This document shows positions 1 to 9,006 of a DNA stretch of 27,342 bases, in pieces. The position numbers and the translations under genes were made by a program. This stretch comes from Candidatus Phoenicimicrobium oleiphilum (GTDB lineage Bacteria > Atribacterota > Phoenicimicrobiia > Phoenicimicrobiales > Phoenicimicrobiaceae), in NCBI GenBank assembly GCA_039638295.1, contig JBDIWJ010000020.1:1-27342 (forward strand), written 5' to 3'. A model generated the notes under the pieces. It saw only the letters and a program-made list of their open reading frames with translations, made no database searches and was not told the origin of the DNA. Each line of letters starts with the position of its first letter. The first letter of the stretch is position 1.

Positions 1-69
1 CAATCCTTCTCTTGCTATGTATCTTATTACTAACCAAAGAAAGTATTATTAATATATAATATTTTTCTT

Positions 70-103
70 CTAACTACCCCACTAAATTTTACACTAACGT
101 AAA
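70..103. repeat. 34-bp dispersed motif, copy 1
   Basis: ctaactaccccactaaattttacactaacgtaaa matches 19213-19246 at 30/34 positions, same orientation. Confidence 0.7.
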
Positions 104-144
104 AAATAAAAAATGTACCCTTTTAAGTACATTTTTTATTTTTT
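101..144 (-). terminator. AT-rich inverted repeat, possible terminator
   Basis: Perfect 18-bp arms aaaaaataaaaaatgtac / gtacattttttatttttt with 8-nt loop. Confidence 0.5.
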
Positions 145-173
145 CTTTTATAAATATTTTCTTTAGTTTTTAT

Positions 174-209
174 AAAGGAAAGAGGTAATTTTCACTACCT
201 CTTTCCTTT
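174..209 (-). terminator. Rho-independent terminator downstream of the DppA-like gene
   Basis: Perfect 14-bp arms aaaggaaagaggta / tacctctttccttt, 8-nt loop, ~35 nt after the stop codon. Confidence 0.75.
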
Positions 210-242
210 TGAAAACAAAATTTCAGAACCAGACATTTCTTT

Positions 243-1877
243 CTATTCTATCCACACCGGGTAGAAGAACTTTCTGGAAGTAGGATGAAGGACATAGCCT
301 TTTACATTTGCCCGAAAAACTACATTCTGATTGGCATGAGCCAGATAGACCCATCCCGCATCCTCATGGATCATCTCTTGAGCTTTTTTGTAGTAAGCTG
401 CCCTCTTCTCAACATCATAAGTTGCTAATGCAGCAGAAAACAATTCTTGAACTGTATTATTGGTATAGAAGGCATAGTTTCCAGCTGAACCTATAGAACA
501 GGCATTTGCTCCATATAATACATTCATAAAGTTATCCGGGTCTCCATTATCTCCAGTCCAACCTAAGAGACACATCTGGTGATTACCGGCTTCAGTTTCC
601 TGTAGATAGGTCCCCCAATCAACCTGATAGAAGTTTACTTTTATACCTACGGCAGCCAGATAACTCTGGATAGCTTCTCCAATCTTAGGAGGATCAAACA
701 TATATGGTCTGGAAACTGGCATTACATAGAGAGTAACCTCAAAGCCATCAGGATACCCTGCTTCTGCTAGCAGTTCTTTCGCTCTTTCTGGATCATAAGG
801 ATAATCTACTATATCATCATTATATCCTAACATAAAGGGAGGCATTCCGTTTTTAGCCACTACTGCTGTTCCCATATAAATATTATCTACTATTGATTGT
901 TTATCAATAGCCATATTAATTGCCTGTCTTACCTTCTTCTTGGTAAGAGGTTCAAAATACCCGGGAGTCTTGACCAGAGGTTCTGTATCTAAATCCCGTA
1001 CTCCATTTTTATTCGCATCGATATATCCATATCCAGTATTCATAGCCATATATCCAATATTCATACCTGGTTCAGACATAAGAACCAAATCTTTATTGGC
1101 TTTTATCCGGTCAAAATCTGCAGGATTGGGATACTCTATTCCCTGGACCTCACCAACTTCTAAAGCCATAAGTCTGGCTGAAGGATCGGGGATAACTTTG
1201 AAGATTAATTTATCCAGCTTAGCCCTTTCCCGCCAATAATTTTCATTAGCTTCTAAAGTAATATGGTCATCTTTTACCCATTCGACGAATTTAAAAGGAC
1301 CAGTACCACAGGGATATTTGAAAGCATCTTCTTTATATTTTTCTGCATTGGCAGGGCTTACAATATTAACTGTAAACATAGCAAGACTAGTCATTATAGA
1401 GGCATTTATATTTTTTAGAACAATTTTTACTGTATAATCATCAAGTTTTTCCACTTTTTCTATATCACTAAACATATATCCCCAATAAGCCCATTCACCA
1501 TATTGATTGTAAGGATGATTGGGGTCATATTGACGGGCAAAGGAAAAGACCACTGCATCGGCATTAAAATCGGTCCCATCGTGAAATTTAACTCCCTTTC
1601 TTAAGTGAAAAATTATTTCTTTTCCATCTTCTGATGTCTCCCAAGAAGTAGCCAAACAAGGTTGAATTTCTGTGGAGCCTTCTTTGTATTCAACTAAACC
1701 CTCAAAAATGTTATCCATTCTCTGAATAGATTCTCCATCAGTTACATCTCCAGGATCCAGTCTCGCTGCATCTCCACTGCTACCGAATACTAGAGTACTC
1801 CCGGCAGAAGCTGCCCCAACTACACTAAATACTAACCCTACAGTTAGCAACAAAACTAAAAATAATTTACTTTTCAT
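243..1877 (-). CDS. dppA: ABC transporter peptide/nickel substrate-binding protein (family 5, DppA/OppA-like)
   Basis: Signal peptide; motifs LATSWE, FHLRKGVKFHDGT, GTGPFKF, VRQAINMAID, AKELLAEAGYPDGF, GWTGDNGDPDNF; AAGGAG RBS. Confidence 0.92.
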   Translation of the reverse strand: MKSKLFLVLLLTVGLVFSVVGAASAGSTLVFGSSGDAARLDPGDVTDGESIQRMDNIFEGLVEYKEGSTEIQPCLATSWETSEDGKEIIFHLRKGVKFHDGTDFNADAVVFSFARQYDPNHPYNQYGEWAYWGYMFSDIEKVEKLDDYTVKIVLKNINASIMTSLAMFTVNIVSPANAEKYKEDAFKYPCGTGPFKFVEWVKDDHITLEANENYWRERAKLDKLIFKVIPDPSARLMALEVGEVQGIEYPNPADFDRIKANKDLVLMSEPGMNIGYMAMNTGYGYIDANKNGVRDLDTEPLVKTPGYFEPLTKKKVRQAINMAIDKQSIVDNIYMGTAVVAKNGMPPFMLGYNDDIVDYPYDPERAKELLAEAGYPDGFEVTLYVMPVSRPYMFDPPKIGEAIQSYLAAVGIKVNFYQVDWGTYLQETEAGNHQMCLLGWTGDNGDPDNFMNVLYGANACSIGSAGNYAFYTNNTVQELFSAALATYDVEKRAAYYKKAQEMIHEDAGWVYLAHANQNVVFRANVKGYVLHPTSRKFFYPVWIE

Positions 1878-2024
1878 TAATTAAATCTCCTTTCTTAATG
1901 CTTTCGAATTATAAATTTTCTATTTATTGATTTATAGGAATTAATCTACCTCCTTTCTTTTTTTCTTTGGTATATGTTTATATATTAGATTATTTTTATA
2001 TTTCCCAAAATAATTACTCTATGC

Positions 2025-3488
2025 CTATTTTAAATATGATAGAGGATTAACGGGTTTTCCGCTTGATCTTATTTCAAAATGAAGATGTGGACCAGTAGCA
2101 TTTCCAGTTCTTCCCAATTTTGCGATCACACTACCCTTTTTTACAAATTGACCTTTCTTTACCAAATTTACAGAATTGTGAGCATATACAGAAGAATATC
2201 CACCATCATGGCTTAAGATAATTACATTGCCATATCCTCGCATATAACCAGCATAACTTACTCTACCGCTCTCTGCAGCCATTATATTAGCCCCTAAAGA
2301 ACCACCTATATCAATACCAGAATGGAACTCTTTTCTCCCATTTAAAGTTCTTATACCAAATGGAGAAGTGATTCTACCTCTTATTGGCCAGACAAAATTA
2401 CATATATTACTGCGGGCTCCGGATACATTAGGAATTCTCAATTGTTGTCCTGCAGAAATTTTGGAAGCATCAGAGATATTATTAGCAGCAATGATTGCTT
2501 CTAATTTTACATTATAATTCCGAGAAATACTCCATAAGCTTTCCCCTTTTTTTACATAATAAATTATATCTTCTGTTTCAGATTCTTGATCATATCCCTC
2601 TGCTTTGGCAATGTCTATATTAGTAATAGGTATTTTTAAATTTTGTCCAATAGATAGTCGCGATATCTCTTTCAGGTCATTAGCAGAAATAATCGAGTTC
2701 ATCTTCACATCATATCTCTTAGATATACTCCACAGAGTGTCACCCTTAACTACTGTATAAATTATAATAGTTGGCTCTTGTTCCTTTTCTTTCTTAGATA
2801 CCCCTCCTCCTATTGCAGGAATTTCTAATCTTTGACCAATTGATAAGAGGTCTTTGTTTTTGAGATTATTAACTTCAGCAATAACCTCAGCTGATACCCC
2901 ATATTTCCGGCCAATACTCCATAGATTATCACCTGTTTTCACAATGTGAATGAGCGATTTTAAACTTTCATTTTGATTACTGTTTTCATTTTCATTTTCC
3001 TGGACCGTTTTCTGTTCACTTAAGTTTTTATTGGAAACAATACTTTTGGGGGAGGGAATTTTAATCTCTTGCCCAATAGAAATTAAGTGAGGATTAACAA
3101 AATCATTGATTGCTAGAATCGAATTAATCCCCAGGTTATAATTTTGAGCAATTGACCATAAAGTCTCACCCTTCTTTACGGTATGAGTAATGTAATCTAC
3201 CTCCTTGGTAACCTGTAAATTATTCAAGGGCATCTTGATAATCTGCCCAGGAGATAGGATGTTTTTGTTGTTAATATTATTATAAATTAAAAGCTGTTCT
3301 ATTGAAGTGTTATATTTTTGGGAAATACTCCATAGGGTATCGCCCTTGACTACTTGATAAGTAATAAATTCATCATTATCAGCTAAGGAGGAAGCAGAAA
3401 ATGAAAGAGTAAATATAAATAAAAAAAGAAAAACTGTCAAAATAATTAATCTGTTCTTATTATTACTATATCTTTGGGGTAGATACAT
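2025..3488 (-). CDS. LysM-repeat (5x) M23 family metallo-endopeptidase
   Basis: Five xVxKG[DE]xLWSI-type LysM repeats; C-terminal M23 domain with HSGID and HLHFE Zn motifs; N-terminal signal/TM segment. Confidence 0.93.
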   Translation of the reverse strand: MYLPQRYSNNKNRLIILTVFLFLFIFTLSFSASSLADNDEFITYQVVKGDTLWSISQKYNTSIEQLLIYNNINNKNILSPGQIIKMPLNNLQVTKEVDYITHTVKKGETLWSIAQNYNLGINSILAINDFVNPHLISIGQEIKIPSPKSIVSNKNLSEQKTVQENENENSNQNESLKSLIHIVKTGDNLWSIGRKYGVSAEVIAEVNNLKNKDLLSIGQRLEIPAIGGGVSKKEKEQEPTIIIYTVVKGDTLWSISKRYDVKMNSIISANDLKEISRLSIGQNLKIPITNIDIAKAEGYDQESETEDIIYYVKKGESLWSISRNYNVKLEAIIAANNISDASKISAGQQLRIPNVSGARSNICNFVWPIRGRITSPFGIRTLNGRKEFHSGIDIGGSLGANIMAAESGRVSYAGYMRGYGNVIILSHDGGYSSVYAHNSVNLVKKGQFVKKGSVIAKLGRTGNATGPHLHFEIRSSGKPVNPLSYLK

Positions 3489-3614
3489 CCGCTAAATTTC
3501 TCCTTTTGGATTTTTAAAAGATAACTTCTCACCAAAGAAGATATGTTTAATAATTTAAGTGATTAAGACTTTTTAAATTAACTATTTCCTTTTGAGTAAA
3601 ATTGATTAATCTTT

Positions 3615-3797
3615 CTACTTGCTTTTATTCTTTTCGGATTCCTTTTTTAAAAAGTCATCAATAACTTCTTTATTAAAACGCCAAATTCTTCCAATCTTAA
3701 TTGCTGGAATCTTATTTGTTCTTGCCCATAGATATACAGTAAGAGGTTTTACTTGTAAATATTTCGCTACCTGTTTAGCAGTCAAATAATCTCCCAT
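3615..3797 (-). CDS. Excisionase/BldC-like helix-turn-helix DNA-binding protein (HTH_17)
   Basis: YLTAKQVAKYLQVKPLTVY...IPAIKIGRIWRF signature; GGAGGGG RBS. Confidence 0.88.
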   Translation of the reverse strand: MGDYLTAKQVAKYLQVKPLTVYLWARTNKIPAIKIGRIWRFNKEVIDDFLKKESEKNKSK

Positions 3798-3839
3798 AGA
3801 TTGAGCCCCTCCCTATATTAATACATTAATTCTAATACT

Positions 3840-3868
3840 ATCTTATTGTTTTTTAATAATTTTGTCAA
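3840..3868 (-). promoter_or_regulatory. Sigma70/SigA-type promoter of the HTH gene
   Basis: Minus strand TTGACA-17 nt-TAAGAT, ~45 nt upstream of the start codon. Confidence 0.65.
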
Positions 3869-3942
3869 TTTTATTATCTATTTTTTGTATATTTATTTAT
3901 TGCTTATTGCTTGATTGGTTGGCTTTATAGCTAATTAGTTAT

Positions 3943-4275
3943 TTAGCTACAATTCTCATCCTTTTCTTGGTGCAATATATCTCCTATTTCCCGAGCAATC
4001 CGATAAGGTTTGGTTAAAATTCTAATAGGGATAGACTTTAAAAATTGGGATAAATCTCTTTTTATCTCTTCAGTTAGGCGATGCGGTTTGGTTAATACTC
4101 TATCTACGAAATCAGCAGTATATGTCTCTAACAATTTTTCCCGGTTAATCCTAATTTCATTTCCACAAATATTACATTTAATATCTTCCAAATATCCACC
4201 TTTATAAATGATTGTATGACTGGTCTCTTTATTACAGTAAAGGCAAAAAAGCAAAGTTTTTAATTTGGTAGTCAT
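3943..4275 (-). CDS. Small Zn-ribbon hypothetical protein
   Basis: CLYC...CNIC pair; C-terminal duplicated motif RVLTKPHRL / RILTKPYRI. Confidence 0.75.
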   Translation of the reverse strand: MTTKLKTLLFCLYCNKETSHTIIYKGGYLEDIKCNICGNEIRINREKLLETYTADFVDRVLTKPHRLTEEIKRDLSQFLKSIPIRILTKPYRIAREIGDILHQEKDENCS

Positions 4276-4337
4276 CTTCTTTTAGGGTTAATAAATTAAA
4301 CCCTGGCCTCCCCCTTTTTAATTTGATAAAAAATTAT

Positions 4338-6644
4338 TTATTTCTTACTTAAGGTTTTTGCCAACCTTTTATACATCTGGTAAGATTTCATCACTTTCTT
4401 TATATATTCTCTAGTTTCAGAATAAGGAATATTTTCTACAAAATTATCCAGGTCAGACCTATCATATTCCTTTAACCATTTACTGGTAATCCCTGGACCC
4501 GCATTATAGCCAGAAATCATTAATATGGGGTCATTAGAAAATCTTTCTTTTAAGTAATTAATATACCAGCAACCCAAATTTATATTTACTTCAGTAGAAA
4601 ATAACATCTCATCAGTAAAATCTTCAAGATTTAATTTCTGCGCAATCCATTCCCCGGTCGAGAATACTATTTGCATCAATCCCCTTGCCCCGGCTACTGA
4701 CTCATTCCAAGGATTGAACCTGCTTTCCTCCCTTATCATTGCCAGAACAAGCAAAGGGTCTATTTCATATTTTAAGGCATATTCGTTAATTATATCTTCA
4801 AAATAGATAGGATAAAGATTCTGCCATAATTCCAGGGGTAAATCCTCTAACCGATAATTATCCCTTAAATAACTAAAGATTATCTCTGTATAATTTAAAG
4901 AATCATAATAATCCTTATTCTTTTTATAAATATCACTTAATTTAAATAGTAAATAGATATTCCCAGGATAGTAGTTTAATGCCCTCCATAATTCTGCTAT
5001 CGATTCTCGATAAAAATTGATCTCTTCGAATAATTCAGCTTTAAGTAGTGATAATAAACCTGTCCCTTCTATTTTATCATATATTTTTAAGAATTCCTCT
5101 AAATTTATAAAATCATCTTTATTGGCAATAGAAATAGGCCAGGCAAAACTAATGTCACTTCTCTGCTGTATTACTCTTTCTGAATAATAACTCAAAGGAT
5201 ATTCCTGAACAAGTTTTTCGTAAGCAATTTTTGCTTCCTCCTTTAAGCCCATATTTTCTAAGATCTTCCCTTTCCAGTACAGGGCATCATCTCCCAAACT
5301 GCTCTGAGGAAATCTCTCTGATAATTCATGATAGTAATTTAATGCCTCAGGAAAAGCATTATTATTAGTATAATATCGGGCTAAGTTCCACAAAGAAGTC
5401 ATTGTTTCATAACTATCAGGGTATCTGTTTATTAATTCTCTCCACGTAGAAATTCCCTTTTCTATTTCTTTTAACTGAAAAAAAGATTCTGCCAGGCGCA
5501 GAAAAGATTGTCGAGCATAATAGCTTTCAGGATATTTCTCTATTATTTTTTCATACTTATCTATAGCCAAATAACGTTCTCCTAAAGCGCGCAAAGAATT
5601 AGCTTCCAGATAATCTGCTTTAATCGTAATTTCACTGGAAGCAAATTTTACCATTATCTCTTCACATTGATTAATAGCATCTTTATATTCCTTTTTATAA
5701 TATAATGATCGCGCTCTTTTATAATAAACTTCAGCAATATCTTTCGCCTCAGGAAAGCCCTTTATAATTTCCATATACAAACCTTCAGCTGAATTATATT
5801 GACGGTATTTAAACAAAATATCCGCACATTTTACCATTATATGGTAAGGAATCTTTATGTCTTTTGAATCTTCTTTAATCTTATAAAAATATCTAATCAA
5901 TAGCTCTTCTGGTTCTGAATTCCTTTTCAGACGATAATTTTTTTCTAATATTTCGTATAAACAATTAAGAGAGTCAATATATCTTTTTTCTTGCCAGTAT
6001 ATCTCAGAAAGCTCAAGTAATATCCTTGCTTTAAGGTGACTATCCAGGGAATCTTTTAATATATTCTCATAATAAATTAGGGCAGAGGTTAAATCATTCA
6101 ATTCACGATAATTTTGAGCTATCTGATAGTTGACTTCTGAAATAATTAAACTATGTGGAAATTTTTCTATTATTTCTTTAAAAGTGGCAATAGATTCGTG
6201 ATTATCCCCTTTAAGGTGATAAGTGTCAGCCAGGTAAAAGAGTGAGTAATCAGTTAAAATGGGGTCATCTAATACCAAGTTTTTATATATTTCTATCGCC
6301 CTATCCCAATCTCCAATCTTTCTATAACAATCTCCTAATATAAATTGGGATTTAATATAAAGAGGTAAATTCAGGGTGGAATATTTTACCTTTAATAATT
6401 CGGAAATTGCCTGCTGATAATAGCTCTGTTGATATAATTCCAATCCCCTTTTATAGTTTTCTAAATCTTCCTTTAGTTCGATAGTCGAAGGATGTCCTTC
6501 TATTATTTTAGAAAGTTTTAATATCTTTAGTTGCTGGGATTCAAATTCGGTCAATTCATCATTGTCAGCCAAAGCAGTATTCGCTCCGAATAAACTAATA
6601 GACAGGATTATTATTGAAAAAAATATAATAATTGAAGTTTTCAT
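4338..6644 (-). CDS. TPR-repeat soluble lytic murein transglycosylase (Slt70-like)
   Basis: Many TPR helices; C-terminal SLT motifs IREESRF, GARGLMQI, YNAGPG, IPYSETREY; start refined to ATG 6644 after GGAGAGGT. Confidence 0.92.
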   Translation of the reverse strand: MKTSIIIFFSIIILSISLFGANTALADNDELTEFESQQLKILKLSKIIEGHPSTIELKEDLENYKRGLELYQQSYYQQAISELLKVKYSTLNLPLYIKSQFILGDCYRKIGDWDRAIEIYKNLVLDDPILTDYSLFYLADTYHLKGDNHESIATFKEIIEKFPHSLIISEVNYQIAQNYRELNDLTSALIYYENILKDSLDSHLKARILLELSEIYWQEKRYIDSLNCLYEILEKNYRLKRNSEPEELLIRYFYKIKEDSKDIKIPYHIMVKCADILFKYRQYNSAEGLYMEIIKGFPEAKDIAEVYYKRARSLYYKKEYKDAINQCEEIMVKFASSEITIKADYLEANSLRALGERYLAIDKYEKIIEKYPESYYARQSFLRLAESFFQLKEIEKGISTWRELINRYPDSYETMTSLWNLARYYTNNNAFPEALNYYHELSERFPQSSLGDDALYWKGKILENMGLKEEAKIAYEKLVQEYPLSYYSERVIQQRSDISFAWPISIANKDDFINLEEFLKIYDKIEGTGLLSLLKAELFEEINFYRESIAELWRALNYYPGNIYLLFKLSDIYKKNKDYYDSLNYTEIIFSYLRDNYRLEDLPLELWQNLYPIYFEDIINEYALKYEIDPLLVLAMIREESRFNPWNESVAGARGLMQIVFSTGEWIAQKLNLEDFTDEMLFSTEVNINLGCWYINYLKERFSNDPILMISGYNAGPGITSKWLKEYDRSDLDNFVENIPYSETREYIKKVMKSYQMYKRLAKTLSKK

Positions 6645-6654
6645 TACCTCTCCT

Positions 6655-6675
6655 GTGGGCACGATACATCGTACC
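6655..6675. repeat. Degenerate REP-like GC-rich palindrome
   Basis: gtgggcacgat-ac-atcgtacc; resembles GTAG-family REP palindromes. Confidence 0.3.
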
Positions 6676-6712
6676 TTTTTTCTTAAATATTTTTAGTGTT
6701 GGCAAAAAGAAC

Positions 6713-7731
6713 TTATAAGTTTTCGTAGATATATTCTATTATTCTGTTTTCAAAAATTTTGGGGTCATTTCCATCTTCTATAAATATGAAATTACTTCCA
6801 CCAGATGAGCGGGAGTAACAAGATTATATTCAGAAAGCCCACAACCATCCACAATAATATAATCCTTTCCCCATTTTAAGCCCAGGTCTTTTTCCACAAG
6901 TTCTTCTAAATAAGCAATAGCCCGAGCAATAGAGGATACTCCCTCAGGATTACCCATTAGAGCCAGAGTTCGAAAAATATTTTCAGCGCTTTGATTATCA
7001 CTCTTTTTCATCATATAAGCTAGTATTTTATCCAGAGTATCAGAATAATAAATATACTTTACCTTTAGATCTTCTTGGATTCTTCCAACACGAACTTCCC
7101 CATCTATTATTACTCCTTTTCTGGATAGCTCCTGAGAAAAAATACTTCCCCAGAGAAAAGGCATAGTATTGAGATAAGAATTTTGTTTTTCTTTTGCTTT
7201 ATATCCCGCTACAGTTAATGCTCCAATTAAAGGATTTTTATCATCCCACATCCATCCCCTTCCCAAAAATTCTTCTGGCAAAAACTTTGAATTGTCCAAT
7301 ACAATATCTCCGCAAATATGTCTAATATTATATTTCTGAACCAGAGCATCTGCTATTTTTCTGATTACATCCGGGGTTTGAGTGGGGTCTCCGCTGCCTA
7401 CTACATACAGGTTTCCCTTAATCTCTCCTGGTATGGTGCTGGAAAAATAAAAGGAAGTGGGATAAGTGTATTCTTCATCTAAGATTTCCAAGGCTGCCAG
7501 CAAAGTAAATATTTTGGTAAGAGAAGCTGGGGTAAAAAGTTTGTCTTCATTATAAGAAAATAGTATCTCCTGGGTATTTAAGTCCTTTATAAGAATTCCC
7601 GAAAATCCCGGGAACTGATTTATCTCTTCCTGAATACCTGTACCTGTACTAGTACAGACTGTACTAATTAAAAGAAAAAAACATATTAAAAAGGATGATA
7701 AAAAAATAATTACTTTATATCTTAATTTCAA
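6713..7731 (-). pseudogene. dacB: D-Ala-D-Ala carboxypeptidase/endopeptidase (peptidase S13, PBP4/DacB) with internal deletion
   Basis: PASLTK (SxxK), GSGDPT, SDN (SxN) and DGCGLS present. ORF stops at 6778 before any KTG motif. An out-of-frame tail IEDGNDPKIFENRIIEYIYENL* (6781-6713) looks like the native C-terminus. Confidence 0.75.
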
Positions 7732-7808
7732 ATTCTTTTCCCTTCTAATCTTTTAATAAATTAATTTTCTTGTTTTTATTTCTTATTGCGTCTTTTATAA
7801 ATTTTCAA

Positions 7809-8870
7809 TTACTTTTCATTCCAAAATTCATTGCTGAGAATAAAATCTTGAGTATTAGAAAAGGGACAAATGGTAATACATTTAGAACAATCACTGGTAT
7901 TTTCTACCCAAAACTCGAAACATTTTTCTGGGTTTATATAATATTTTTTTACACCAGGATTATTGGAAATAGTTTCACCTTTAAAATCTGGTTCAGGCTT
8001 AAAAGAAATTGCTTTAGTCTCGCAAACTTCAGCACATTGATAACATCTTTTACAAAAATTAGAAAGCTTAGAGATAAAATTGAAATTTGGCTTATCGAGA
8101 ACCAAAGGTAAATCAGTAAAAACTTTACAAATCCTTACCCCCGAACCATATTCCGGTGTAATCAGCAATCCATTCCGGCCCAACGCACCCAGACCAGCAT
8201 CAATAGCTAGAGGAATACTCAGGGCTGTATCATTCCCACATTGAATAGCTTGGTAGCCCAAATTTCTAATAAATTCTCCCAGACAGGAAATAGTAAAAGC
8301 CATCTTGGAATAACCCAAACCAGTGGCAGCACAGGCAGGTAAAGCGGGAGTAGTGAAAAGTCCTTGAGGATCCATTTCTATCGCCATAACAATAACCTTG
8401 TCAATATTCTCTGGAAAATGTATAGGATAAGAACCTAAAAATTTCTGGACAGACCTTTTGGCAGCCCTTTGGTATATCCATTTTTCATCAAGTTTAGTTA
8501 TTCCTACTAGAGAAGCCCCATAAAATCTCGCCACTTTTTTCACTTTAGTGGTAAATTCTAATAGGTCTTTAATCTGATATTTTTGTTCCCTTAATTTATA
8601 ACCATACCAATCTTCTTCAAAAGAAATATCACCTTCCCAGGAAAAGGCAAAAGGAAATCGATTATATACTGTCCAGGATGCTTTAGAAAAGGCATAATCG
8701 AAATGGGTATAACCTTCTTTATCTTCTTTAATATTCATTAGCATATCATCAGCAAAATTATTTTGATAAGTTTTCAGACTATTATCCCATAGATAACGAC
8801 AAAAAATATCATTTTTCTGATCGAACCTACGATAGATGTTCTGGTCAATTTCATAATAATTTTTTTCCAT
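7809..8870 (-). CDS. Reductive dehalogenase-like (RdhA family) cobalamin/2x[4Fe-4S] protein, no TAT signal
   Basis: ARFYGASLVGI, VIVMAIEMD, GYSKM, EFIRNLGYQA, AGLGALGRNGLLITPEYG, VFTDLPL..DKP, CKRCYQCAEVC and CFEFW...CSKCITICP. Confidence 0.8.
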   Translation of the reverse strand: MEKNYYEIDQNIYRRFDQKNDIFCRYLWDNSLKTYQNNFADDMLMNIKEDKEGYTHFDYAFSKASWTVYNRFPFAFSWEGDISFEEDWYGYKLREQKYQIKDLLEFTTKVKKVARFYGASLVGITKLDEKWIYQRAAKRSVQKFLGSYPIHFPENIDKVIVMAIEMDPQGLFTTPALPACAATGLGYSKMAFTISCLGEFIRNLGYQAIQCGNDTALSIPLAIDAGLGALGRNGLLITPEYGSGVRICKVFTDLPLVLDKPNFNFISKLSNFCKRCYQCAEVCETKAISFKPEPDFKGETISNNPGVKKYYINPEKCFEFWVENTSDCSKCITICPFSNTQDFILSNEFWNEK

Positions 8871-9006
8871 ATACTGCTCCCTTCCTTAGCTTTCTTCTTT
8901 TATTGGAAAGAAACTCGCTACATTATTTTTAATAATCAATAAAATCTTCCCTTTTCTATATTTCATAATTTTATATTTTATGCGCTTAAATATAAATTTA
9001 TTTTGA

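Noticed and set aside
1940..1960. Leader peptide after a spare AAGGAGGT upstream of dppA
   Set aside because: No ATG/GTG/TTG at a suitable distance, so it cannot be supported
3615..3797. Excisionase as a marker of a prophage or ICE
   Set aside because: No integrase, att repeats, tRNA or phage genes in the window
6739..6780. Pyrrolysine or other readthrough of the dacB TAG
   Set aside because: In-frame readthrough adds only KMEMTPKFLKTE* and does not restore KTG
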